A stretch of 61,285 nucleotides of DNA, counting the filler, from Sluysia triapertura (lineage: Eukaryota): NCBI GenBank assembly GCA_046118255.1. It is 4 parts of 4 records of this genome, joined end to end, with 100 filler letters (N's around TTAATTAATTAA, not from the genome) between each part and the next. Parts side by side here need not be neighbours in the genome. Positions count along the whole stretch, not along the records: positions 14,534 to 27,246 come from JBJNIA010087688.1; 3 more parts are not named here. One strand, 5' to 3'. The first letter of the stretch is position 1, and each line of letters opens with the position of its first letter. Both the position numbers and the translations under genes were made by a program. The notes under the pieces are model-generated. The model searched no databases. It was not told the DNA's origin and saw only the letters and a list, made by a program, of their open reading frames with translations. Of the stretch, positions 14,534 to 26,471 are shown in pieces.

Positions 14534-15320
14534 ATATATTGTTATCAAAAATAGAACATTTAAATAAAATGAAAAACAAGCCACATTTATTGCTACAAAC
14601 TTTTAGATCGATATTTTTAATTAAATTTAATTTAAACAGAAAATTATTTCTGTTGTAAATTATTTCGTATTTTCGACAATCCTTATTTAAAATTGGTTTA
14701 TTTAACATAATTATTTGAGATATAAATAAATATTATAAAATTTAAATACAACAGAAAACTTATATTATAATTTATATTAATATAGTTTGATATTGTGAAG
14801 TTAGATCAAATGTCTCTAAATACAAATTTAATTTTCAAAATCAATACAACATATGAAGATTCAGTATTTAAACTGACGTATAATTAAACGTCAGGAAAAC
14901 GATTTTTATTAAAGTTATAATTATTCAATATATCAGTTCAGTAATAGATAGAATTTAAAAAAAGCTCCACAAAGCAGAATATTCGACGGCAAATACTTCG
15001 AATTATTTGTCAAATAATATCGTGTTGATATGAATTAGTTTTATATATTATTTATGTGAAAGAATTTCTGCAATACCATTCTAAAACTATTCTAAAGTTA
15101 ATGAATTTTAGAGCTAAATTCTATATTATGGCCAATTTCTTTCCGCAGTTCAATAAATTTATTGCATCGTAATATATATAATGCAGTTCAATCATCCTTT
15201 TACAACTTGATCACTTAATAAGTTCTTTTTCTGACTTTACGAATTACAAATAAAAACCAAAAATGTGCTAACTTGGAATCCATAAAATATCAAATATTAA
15301 TATTTTACAAGTGTCCTAAC

Positions 15321-15474
15321 CCGCCACAGCCATGGAACCTTCCATCGAACTCATGATACTCTTGATAATATAATGCACTGTACACATATGCTATTTCTGG
15401 CGGAGCAAAAAAATAATTCGAGTAGAGAACCTTTTGGAAAAGTGAGGTTGAAAGATCTTGATGTAAATACCATT
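15321..15474 (-). CDS. Possible orphan exon
   Basis: Locally GC-richer, open frame (WYLHQDLSTSLFQKVLYSNYFFAPPEIAYVYSALYYQEYHEFDGRFHGCG) bounded by TAG acceptor and GTTAG donor; no family recognised. Confidence 0.3.
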
Positions 15475-16349
15475 CTATCGGTATAAAGAACATTCATAAA
15501 AGTTTGATGAGAAATTATGAATGAACCTTTTTATTTGGTGACAAATTTGATTGAAAGATATTTTGTTTGGGAAAATATAAAATTTTATTTACATGTAAAT
15601 ATTGATTTTATGAGTATATGTTATGGTATTCATGTTGATTTTGTGTTATTAAGTTAGTAAATGTGCGTATTAATGAATATTAATTTTTATTGATATTAAA
15701 TTTAGTAATATGATTTTTATGATTAAAAGTTTCATTGGAATGAATTATTAAATGTAAGTAATTTTTTTATTTATTAATTTTGTTTAAATTATTTCAAGGA
15801 CAACTGCAAAAACCCCTATAAAATGACACGATTTTTACAATACGACACAATTTTTGAGTTAATGCAACACTCTGGTGTAAAATTTGATAAATTTTAAATC
15901 CAAAGGAACCAGATCTTAAAAAACTCATCTTTTAACTTATTCGCCAGTTTATTTTTATTAAGGACGTACCTAACAAGTACCACGTAATGTTTGACTTAAG
16001 ATCATTAATTTTTGATGTTTCTGAACTATTTAAAAGTTCCAACGCAAAATATTCATTAAAATTTCTAACTATTAAATTAACTCTAAACAGTTAATTTGTA
16101 ATTTATTAATTTTCATTGTATCACACCCATGTTTATAATACACTTTGCTTAATTCATAATAACATTGTATAGATTTAAAATAAGTAAAGTTAGTATTTAT
16201 TTTGTATTCCGTCGAATTTTATCGACTATTAAAATAATTCATTTTTGAATCCTTTTAACAGATTCTTCGTAAAATATGATTCTTAACCCTACAATTTTGA
16301 AAGAATTCTTGAAATCGATTTAATTATAGCAATCTAAATTGTAAACTTA

Positions 16350-16391
16350 AAATCCAACGGCTATCTCTAAACGATAAGTCTATGAACTCAC
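16350..16391 (+). repeat. Dispersed hairpin family, copy B (internally deleted)
   Basis: AAATCCAACGGCTATCTCTAAACGATAAGTCTA-TGAACTCAC. Confidence 0.6.
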
Positions 16392-18217
16392 CAAACATAT
16401 TCCTTATTCATAAGACAAGGCAGAGAAAACCCTTGTATACATATTACTAAGGATATTTAAATTTGATTTTCTATAAATGATCCTTATTCAAAGTTTGTGT
16501 AATTTTGTACTTATTTAATATATCAATTAAACTAACTTATTTGTTAACTATGATTTGTTTTTTAATAGTCTTTATTTGGAGGTTAGTCTGATGGAGGTGA
16601 AATCGTAATTCGAATCTCAAACCCTAAAACACTAAGATCTTTTCCAAATCAAATCAACAAATGAATATTATAATAATAAATGGGTCAAACATAATTTATT
16701 AAACATTGGCCAATACTTTTAAAGCTTATAAAATTTTAGAATTCAAACAAGTTTTATCAATTTATTCCCTACTAATATTGTAGCATATCAATATTTAATG
16801 TTTAAGTCAATAATAGTATTTGCTGATTTAATAAATAATATTCGATTACGAATCGATGTTCAACGTTTAGATTAATAACAATATTCAAATAAGTGTAATG
16901 TTTGAATCAATAATAATCAAGTATGAACCAATATACGACAAATTTCTTTTTATAGTTAAATAATCCTAACATATATTATATTTAATTTTTTGATATATTT
17001 GTTTGTTTACACTATATATCACATACATTTAATTTCTGTTTAATTGTTAGTTTGTGCTTTTTAGTATTTCTTTATTTCCATTTTTTTCTTTATTCCGATA
17101 TTGCTGTTAATCGCAATTTTATGACTTGCTAATTAAGTTCAGCTAGTTCAGATATGTTTATATTTTTTTTACATTTTATATGTTTTATATGTTTTTATTT
17201 GGTTTTATAATTTTATTTTACTGAGATACGTTTATTTTAATTTTGAAACTTTAGTTTTGGTATTACTGTAAAATATATAATTATGTAAGAATCTGATGAA
17301 ATAGTAAATATTCTAATTCTTCAATGTATCAAGCTTCAGGTGAATTTTCTTATGATAGACTTTATCAATAACATACCAAGCCAAAGTTAGTGAAATTTAT
17401 CTTAGCACTAATGACAAATTGATATCTTAATAGAATGTGATATCAAAATATATTCTACAAATTTAGATAAAGGAAGTTTCAAAGGTTTATGCATCGCTAT
17501 AGATGAGAGTATTTATAAAGAGTATTTATAAAAAATACAAGGAAAAAATTAGAAAATTATGACACAAAATGTCAATTCAACGAAATCTTCCAAAACCAAA
17601 CAATATTATTAATGAACTAAAAGTAGATCCAACTTTGGCCAATAGTTACCAACCATAATACCTGGAAATTTGAGAGTAGGATTTCGTTGATTCAAAAAGT
17701 TGTTTATATCCAATATAAATCCACCTTTATTAGGTAAAGAAGTTTAGATGTCATATTATCATGATGGTATAATAATTCCTTTAATAGTATTGAAAAAAAC
17801 TAAATAAAATAAGCATCAATATTGGATGGAACGGGAAATTTCAAATTTTGTTATAAAGTATGTTATAAATTTTTATATACAAATTTTTTACATAAAACAA
17901 GCAAAGCAGAGGTTGTTGTGAAAAAGTAATTTCGTTGAATCATCATTACAAGAAACCAGATATTTGTGACTAATAAATAAAATTCAGATATTACCGATCA
18001 AATGTTATCTGTTTCAGCACACAATCAGCCTGAAATTATTCATAATCTGTAAAGATTTTAAAATTAGTTTAACCTGTCATCTTCCTCTATATTGCAGTTT
18101 GTAAAAACTTATTTTGTCATGAGAAAATTTAACCAAATTCATTTTCTTCCTAATAACCTTTTTATAAAATAGAACGCAATATTGTTTATGTAGTTCAAAA
18201 AATATTTTGTACTAAAA

Positions 18218-18342
18218 CAGAGGTTCTCAAACTTTTTTTCTCGTAGAACCCTTGCCATGTTTTTCAATTTTAGATAGACCCCCTGCTATTCGCTTTGATA
18301 GCTATTCACTTGGGGTCGATATAGACCACTTTGGGAACAATG
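18218..18342. mobile_element. Short non-autonomous hAT (Charlie/Buster-like) element
   Basis: Termini CAGAGGTTCTCAAA...TTTGGGAACAATG; same ends as the 21946-23473 element. Confidence 0.75.
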
Positions 18343-18728
18343 TGGACAATGATGTTCTAGAAATATTTGTAATATATATACGAATCCAGATAAATAAGAC
18401 GCAATGAGTTTATTTGATATTAATAAAACTTAGTTTGGTTTTTATTCTTAAGGATTTATTGTATTTGCATTTAATTTGGTATTTTATTTTTAGATATAAA
18501 TTATTTTCAACAGTTTTCAACAATTTGTTTTCAATATTTCTTATTTGGCACATCCTGCCAATCTAATAAAACTAACATTTAATATATTGCAAATCTTAGA
18601 CAAATTCTTTTAATTTTTTAATACTTGGAATGTTATTAAAAATCGTTCAAACTTTCTAATATAATAGAATAATTTTAGAAAATATTTTAGTTTTTTCTTG
18701 GATAAAAAATGTTAAACAAAAAACTAAC

Positions 18729-19854
18729 TCTGAAAAGTTAAGCATTTCACGAAATAACTGATCAAAACTACTGCATAATTCTTCCAAATCGCGCTCAGAT
18801 GAATATTGACGATAAACATGTGAAACCATTACATGTTGCCCATCGGAATTTAACCACAATGCTTTTTCAACCAAAGGATTATATTCACCAAAAGGTCTGT
18901 AATATTATAAACAATTTTTTATACATAAAACATGATCGAAACAGTAAATAAACTTAGAAAAGTATTATTAAACAAACCGGAAAGTTATGTATAAATTGTC
19001 ATCATGCTGTGGATAAAATCTAGTAATATTGTAAAGTAAATTGTAAATAGCAAATTTAGGGCACCGCATAATACGAATTCGCCGCAGACTTGGTATAGGA
19101 TCTGAAGGGGGTGCAGTACCAGTATTAATAACAATAGTTTGAATTTCCGGGCAATTTTCCAATGTGATGCTTTTAAGTCGAACACACGATGATAAAACAA
19201 GATGAGTTAGACCAACCTAAACATGAAAAAGGTTATTTGAATGTTAGTTTATTCGCAATGAAATTTAGTCTGCTATATATTCACATAGCACAACTAATAT
19301 AATGCAAATACATTTCGGATGCCTGTTTTACATATGAAGTTAGTGTCAGACTACATTTTTCTTCTAACGAAGTTCGTTTCTTCAAAATACAATATTTTTA
19401 AATCTTTTTGTTGTTTCTAAATTAATTTTGAAGGGTAATGTTTCAGGATATATTCGAGAAGTACTTTTCATATTTATGGCATTAAAAAAATGTTAAGCAA
19501 GTTTTTATTTGGGTAAAATTTACGTGGAGGATAGAATTATTCATATATTTGGTATGCGTGAGTAAACTATTTTCTTCCTTAATTTATGGTTTTCTTACCA
19601 TTAAATTTGCATTTACAAAAAATTCAAATTTATTTTCTCTAACTAAAACGTCATTAGATAAAATAAAATAAATACATAAAACATACTTTTTCCATGTGTA
19701 ATGTAGTTAAATGAGTAAAACTGCTTTTTAATTCTAATTTGTATAAATGCGGTTTCACAGTTAACATAAGAGACGTAGTATCTAGTTGTACATCTTGTGC
19801 TTTCCATTCTCGTGGTTCGTGTCGAATTAGTGGTTCAGGTTGACTTTGACTTAT
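18729..19854 (-). CDS. FBXO38: FBXO38-like protein, C-terminal exons (partial)
   Basis: Exons 19854-19687, 19216-18978 and 18896-18729 splice in frame: ...LTTLHMEK|VGLTHLVLSSCVRLKSITLENCP...RCPKFAIYNLLYNITRFYP...LYITFR|PFGEYNPLVEKALW...HVMVSHVY. This parallels the FBXO38 C-terminus as I recall it (CGITDLVLKDC...CKKL...IIYLRPM...EQKLF...HICIIHEF). Coding status is clear; the family call is less so. Confidence 0.6.
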
Positions 19855-20289
19855 CTAAATTTGTAATAAATTTTAGCATATGTATATTAAACTATAAAAA
19901 GCCTTTACTTTACTATATAGTAAATTATATCCATAACGGTTTGTTTAGTGCAGACACTTAAATATTTGAGAATTTTAATATAAATATAAATACCAAAGAA
20001 AAAATGTTTAAACAGTCCCTTCAAATAAATATTACACAAAATTTTATTTCCTAAATCCAAATTTCGAGTTAAATTATGTATCAATTGATAGGGCCTCATT
20101 ACTACACAAAACATTTTCTCTAAAACTAATAGTCTAAAACGAATAGAAAACAAGTTATTCTACAAATTACGAAATTTTTTGAAAGGTTGGGAAAACGTTA
20201 TAATTTGTGTATTTGCCCTTCGTCGAAATTTTTTACTTTCATCCCTTATCACAGTTTTCCTTTTAAAAAAGTATTACAATAAGTATTTT

Positions 20290-20830
20290 AGCGTATCAAG
20301 AAACAAAATCCTTGGCCTCAGAGGAACTAGAATTTATTGTTATTTTCCTACCCAATTAGTCAACCAGATTCGAAAAAGGGTTTGGAATTCGCCAAGATAG
20401 CGATGAGGGAGACATTGATTTTACAAAGATCTAGTTTAGCGATGAGGCGCACTTTCAACTATAAGGATTTGTAAATAAACAGAATTCGGAGAACACATAT
20501 CATTCGATAATGAAGCCTTTGCATCCAAAAAGAGTAACTGCTTGATGTACCTTACCTTACTAGCCCCATATTTATTAATGAAAACGCCAACATCGAAGTA
20601 TATTTGAAGATTATACGTGACCAATCATCCTCTTCATTTCATATGACGAAAAATTCAGTGGAAATGGATCAGTTTGCCTCCATACTCGCTGACTTCTTAT
20701 GGGGATTCATCAAGAATAAAACATACAAAACATCAATTAAATATTTGATTGAGTCGAATCAGCAAAATCCAGCTGGAAATTATTGAAGATCAACTCAGAG
20801 GCGAAGGAAAACACTTTGAGAACTTTATAG
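20290..20830 (+). mobile_element. Decayed Tc1/mariner-superfamily transposase
   Basis: FSDEAHFQL*GFVNKQN (first catalytic D), HPKRVT and DFLWGFIKNKTY motifs; many stops. Confidence 0.85.
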
Positions 20831-21564
20831 ATTTTCGATGAATTTTGTTAAAATAAAATGTTTGATAACTTGTTTTCTATTCGTTTTAGACCATTAGTTT
20901 TATTTAAAAGTTTTATTTATTTATCGGTAATTTAGCCCTACCGATAGATACATAATTTGACTCGAAATTTGGATTTACGCAATAAATTTTTGTTGTGTAA
21001 TATTTACTTTAAGGACTCTTTAATCATTTTTTTCTTTGGTATTTTTGTCTTCCTTATATTTTAAAGTTTCGCTTTTTGCAGAAATTAGCGATTGTGTATA
21101 ATTATTAACCATTTCATTTCCAACATTATTAATAAATTAAGATAACTGAATCTGGTTTTAAATTAAAGTATTTAATCGGAAGACTTCAAAACGTTTTGTC
21201 AACAAACCCACCTTAAACTGTTATATAACAATTGTTTAACACCTCAAAACCGCAAAATATCGCATTTGAACAACTCTTCTTAAAGAATTCTATTTGATAC
21301 CATTTAATTTGGAATTATTATTTGTAATATTTAAATAAAATTTCACATTATGTAGCATTACCGGAATATACGTGAATCCTTGTTAAGTAAAAATTCTAAT
21401 GTTGTGATATATTTTCCACTTATATTGATTAATTTTCATTAAATTAAATATAGATTAATTATGTAGTTATAAAAGTACGAAATATAGGTTGTTATATGGA
21501 TTCAAAAGTGAACTTGGAAGAAAATAATAATTGTATTGTTAAAAAGTGTAAATATCAATTAAAT

Positions 21565-21945
21565 AAAATATCAAATTCGAAAATTTATTAATAAAGAAGC
21601 AGCTAAACTTATTGTTCATTCATTGATAATGGTTTTTTGTACTCAATTTCATATAGAAAAGTGAAAAAAATTACAATTAATAATTAATCAAGCAGCAAGA
21701 CTAACTCTCCAAGTTGGAAGATCTCATGTAACACCTTTTCCTTAAGAAATTACATTGGCTGCCAATAAAAGCAAGAATAGAATTTAAAATCATGACAATA
21801 ATTTACAAATATGCTTACATTACGGAAGTCGTGAATATCTTTTAGAAATAATACGAAAATTGGAAACCAAGATGAATATTTCATTGAGGCATGATAATCT
21901 ATACAGAATCCACATTGATAATAAGCTAGGTAATAGGTTGTATAC
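21565..21945 (+). mobile_element. L2/CR1-clade LINE ORF2 C-terminal remnant (5' part)
   Basis: IRKFINKEAAKLIVHSLI, QAARL, SHVTP and LHWLPIKARIEFKI motifs; interrupted by a hAT insertion. Confidence 0.8.
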
Positions 21946-23146
21946 CAGAGGTTCCCAAACTTTTTTTCTATCGTAGACCTCTTGTAATGTTTTTCAATTT
22001 TAGATAGAACCCCTTCTATTCATTTTGAAAGATTTAAATTTCTAACAGTAGTGAAGTACCTATAGCAGTGATTCCCAAAGTGGTCTATATCGACCCCGAG
22101 GGATTGTACTAAGAGCGAGTGCGACGAGTGTTCTACTTTTTACCAATTAGCAGCAACAATTATAATTGTAGAAACGGGTTCACCTGTGATTTACGATTTG
22201 TATCTCAAGGAAGACGTAATCCCAAGATGAAGATATCAATAATCTTCGAAAAAGTTTACTCGTACAGCGATTTCCTGGCTTTATTGAACAAGATTATACT
22301 TTAAAATTATACGGACTTTATTAACAAATTATACGTTAAACTTATACTAAATTTACTTATTTTAAAGTTATTAGTAAATGCAATAAACGAAAAAACTAAG
22401 TATTTATTATTACAATAATAAGTTAATTTACACAATTAAATTCAGTTATAATAAAAATAGTAATAAAATGATATAGGATTACTCCTGATTCAATAAACGT
22501 CGATGATTTTAAAAAATGATTTTAATCCAGGTGAATGCTTGGTGTGATTGAATAAATTTTATGTAGATTTTAAAGCTAATGATTAGAGCTAAACTTAACA
22601 AAAAAAACCATCTTACGTATTCATAAATTGACGGATATGAAATAGTTTCTAAAAATATTATTCAATAAAAAAGGTCGAAATTGTCTTCTCGAAGAATCGG
22701 ATTTGATAAATATTTCCACAAAGTCGATAATCAGAGAACGTAACGTTATTATTGTGTGAAATCAATGTTTGTTTTTTACATTTTATATAAACTTTTATTT
22801 TCTTTTTTATGCCGCCTACAAAACATAAACAATTTGGATTTCTACTTGAGAGAGATAAATATTTTATGCCGAAAATTATTTTATTAAAGATTAACTATAA
22901 ATATTTATGTGAAAGATAAGATAAAATAATTTTTTGATAATTTTTTAATTAATTTTTTAATTAGAAAACTATTTAGATTTGTAAATTTTTATAAAAATTA
23001 AAAATTATTGAATTTTTTGATCAATTTTAAAATAACTTTTATTTACACTATAATAAATTAAATTAAATTATTTACATGCGTATAAAATGTTACGAGATCA
23101 AGTGAAAGCAGTTATAGACCGACGATATTATTTATATTAATAATAT

Positions 23147-23284
23147 TGTTGGGGTAAAGGGCTAAAGTGCCATGTATAAATATTGACTATAATAAAATAA
23201 AATTGTTAGTTGGTAGAGCATCGAACTGCGCAGCGAGAGGTCCCGGGTTCGATCCCCGGTCAGTCCATTTTACGAAGTCTAACA
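23147..23284 (+). mobile_element. Solo LTR containing a tRNA-like cassette
   Basis: TGTT...AACA termini, ATAT 4-bp TSD (23143-23146, 23285-23288); homologous to the LTRs at 26472 and 26630. Confidence 0.8.
23208..23271 (+). ncRNA. tRNA-like (pseudo-tRNA) sequence, 5'-deleted, with T4 terminator
   Basis: AGTTGGTAGAGC (D-loop, partial A box), perfect T arm CCGGG-TTCGATC-CCCGG (B box), TCAGTCCA then TTTT. Anticodon stem is mispaired and the 5' acceptor strand is missing in this copy. Confidence 0.75.
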
Positions 23285-23473
23285 ATATTATATTTTTGTA
23301 TTTTTTTTAATGTCAAAATTATATCAATTATACTGTTTTTTGCAACTTTTGAAATTTCTTGCCATTGATCCCCATTTTCATTTCAAAAACCCCAATTTTT
23401 TTCACCCAGGTAGACAACTTGCAGATTTTCATCGACTCTTGGGAGTCGATATAGACCACTTTTGGAATCACTG

Positions 23474-23560
23474 TTGTATACCGTTTGTCTCAAAAACATA
23501 CAACCAGTTACCAGAGAATGTCAAATTACTGGAAGATTATAAAATATTTTAATGTTATCC
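23474..23560 (+). mobile_element. L2/CR1 LINE remnant (3' part, resumes after the hAT)
   Basis: FVSKTYNQLPENVK...IF corresponds to the terminal WN.LP..IR...FK motif of L2/CR1 ORF2. Confidence 0.65.
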
Positions 23561-23909
23561 AATTTTGGTTCTAAAAAAGCTACATCAATCTGTGTTGCTA
23601 TATAAACAGATTAAATTAGCCGATACATTTATTTCAGGTATATAATAGATACAACAGCATTAACCTCGACTGGAACATGGCTGTGCCAATATAAGAAGTA
23701 TAAATCAAACAGTGTCATTATAAATAAACAAGAAATACCAACTACAACAAAAGAAATAGCCACATCAACAACAACAACAACAATGAGTTTATGGAATAAC
23801 AATCATATTTATGGTGAGAATAGTGGTACACGAGGAAAACATTCGAATAATAAACCGAATATCGATAGTACAACTATAAAAGACATATCAAGTAAATTAT
23901 ACATTAAAA

Positions 23910-23965
<56 letters not shown>
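23910..23965. repeat. (TTA)n microsatellite
   Basis: Direct inspection. Confidence 0.95.
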
Positions 23966-23968
<3 letters not shown>

Positions 23969-24209
23969 TAATTATTTATATTTTAATGAATTTTTTAAAG
24001 ATAAAACATGTTTAAAAACTTGGTTAATATCTTTAGTATGAATTATCTTATTAAAATTTATTAACTTAAAAGTTTCTCTTTTATGATTCCAAATTTTAAA
24101 TAATTAAATTAGATTTATTTATTTTTATTAATGAAAAGGCTGATACAACGAACATAAATTTATTTTTTATTATTTTTATTACAAGTATTACACAAAAATT
24201 AAAAGTTAT

Positions 24210-25660
24210 TTAATTATTCATGATGTTGAACGTGCTGTTTGCATTTCTGGACTTAACAATAATCTTGTTCAGTTGAGGATTCCTAAAATAAAAAGAATCA
24301 AAATTATATAGTTGTTGATTATAAAAAATGAAAATTATTTTTAATTCAAATTCATCTTTAGAATTAATATGTTCAACATTGTCCCAGAAATGGGCTTCAT
24401 ATTTATTAAATGCGAGATTGTCTCTAACTCTACCAGCTTGAAAAGGCATGACTAAATTATTTAAACGTTGTAAGTGATCATTAATAATGTTTTAATTAGC
24501 ATCAATATAACGTATTTCTTGAATGTTATGATAAAAATAACAAGATTGTCCAAATTTACAGCATTCACTCGATTCACTCAATTGGAAAGCACACTGGACT
24601 GTTCGAAATTGCTAATTAGTGATGTGATTGTTGGAAGAGTGCAATTGTTTGCGACGTTCGATTCATTAAATAAATAGTCATTAAATGTAGACGGTTGAAT
24701 ACAAGTTAAATAATCTGCTGTAGTTTTGTTATCAATCAAAATTACATTATATGAATCGAGATCTGACAGAACTGTTCTTGTTGTACTACTTCTATCTTCT
24801 GTGGAATCATATTTATTTACATGGCCTTCATTAAGGTATAGATTATGTACACAGACATAGATTATGTAAAAGAACTTCTTGTACAATATTCTTTAATGTA
24901 AAATATTCTTCGAATTTGATTAATATACGATGATAATTCTTTAATCGATCTTTAGCAGTAGTAAGAATTGGTTTTATAGCATCGATTGAATTCGGTAAAT
25001 ATCTACTTAAAAAAGTTGAACTTGGTTTTTCATCCTCATTAAAATCATTTCTCATACGACTAAGTAATTTCGATAACTTCAAAAATGTATTGTTGTTGAT
25101 AAGGTATGTTTAGGCATTTATATACTTTTCGATTATTATCACTAACTTTTAATTAATGTAATGTTGGTAAGACTAAATATGAAATACAAACTTTTTGAGC
25201 TTGATTAAGAGTACCATTCAAGCAGTTACATAAAATAGATGATAATTTTGATCGATGTTCTAAGTTGGGTTTACAGTAACGAATTTTTGTAGAATTTTGA
25301 ATAAAATTTAATATTCTAATTGAAAATGAATTATCATTGTAGAAGTCTGTAAAAAGTACTAATTTAACGTTGCTCACTGATGATGATGACTTTAGTTGAT
25401 TATTAATAAGACGTATCAATTCAATTAACTTATTACGAAAATCGGAATTTTTAGTTCATTGAACCAAAATTATTTTCTCTAAAATTTGAGTTTTCTTTTT
25501 GTACTTTTTAGTGCCATAAAATTATTTAAACGCAAAAGTTGCTAACTCTTTTCCGAAATAAATTTTTGTACTTGTTAAATTGTGTAAAAGTGATGCTGTT
25601 TGACTTTTATTGTGCATATTTCTGTATATTTTGTTAATAGTACTAACTCTTACCGTATTT
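24210..25660 (-). pseudogene. Fragmented intronless ORF of unknown family
   Basis: Four tiled minus-strand ORFs of 79-102 aa with coding-like composition, separated by stops or frameshifts. Confidence 0.4.
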
Positions 25661-25760
25661 TAAATCACGATTGGACATCCACTTATAATGTGGATGATAA
25701 GAATTACAAAAATAACAATAATTAAATAAATAACAAAAACTAAAATAAATGTTACACAAG

Positions 25761-25826
25761 AATTTGATAGTAATTTGATAATAATTTGATAATAATTTGA
25801 TAATAATTTGATAGTAATTTGATAAT
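25761..25826. repeat. 11-bp tandem repeat (AATTTGATA[A/G]T) x6
   Basis: Direct inspection. Confidence 0.9.
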
Positions 25827-26036
25827 AATATTAATATAAAATAAAAACAAAAATGAAATGCATAAACTTTACAAATATTTCTCTTTCTTTCATTAAAATC
25901 TTAAAATTCATTTTTTAGTTAAATAAGTTAATTTAAATAAAATTCTATTTTGATTGGAAATACTTAGAATGGTTTTAAAGTGTGAGTTTAATGTTTTTTG
26001 CTGATGTTAATGATTGAATGATTGAAATTTGAAATG

Positions 26037-26127
26037 TATCTTTGATAGTTTGAAGTGTGAATTGTAATTGTGGATTAAAATATCTTTGATAGTTTGAAGT
26101 GTGAATTGTAATTGTGGATTAAAATAT
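26037..26127. repeat. ~44-bp exact tandem duplication
   Basis: TATCTTTGATAGTTTGAAGTGTGAATTGTAATTGTGGATTAAAA occurs twice. Confidence 0.9.
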
Positions 26128-26471
26128 TTTTGATGTTATAAGATTGTGGATTTAAATGTTTTGAGATGTAAAATGTTTTTAATAGGTCTGAGAAAGTGAA
26201 ATATAAGATGTAAGAAAATGTAATATTTTATGTGAAGTTTTAATTTGAATTTTAAGTGAAGAGGTTGGCCACCACAAATTTAATATTTAATTTAAGGAAC
26301 ATAAACCTGGAGCTATAAAATGAAGTAAATAAGTGAAAAATGAATTATTTATATATTTAAACATTAATATATAAACAAAGATTATAAAATAATAATCATA
26401 AAACAAGAAATATTTGCAAATATTATTTACATTTTTATAAAATTTAGTATTAGAGGATCAAATTAAAATAA

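Larger units (their letters stand above)
21946..23473. mobile_element. Non-autonomous hAT element with perfect 8-bp TSD
   Basis: TIRs CAGAGGTTCCCAAA...TTTGGAATCACTG flanked by TTGTATAC at 21938-21945 and 23474-23481. Contains an inverted copy of its own right end at 22066 and a solo LTR. Confidence 0.9.

Noticed and set aside
23208-23267. Functional tRNA gene (Arg-GCG, Ala, Cys or Pro-like)
   Set aside because: The 5' acceptor strand is deleted, the anticodon stem is unpaired and it sits inside an LTR; treated as a pseudo-tRNA.
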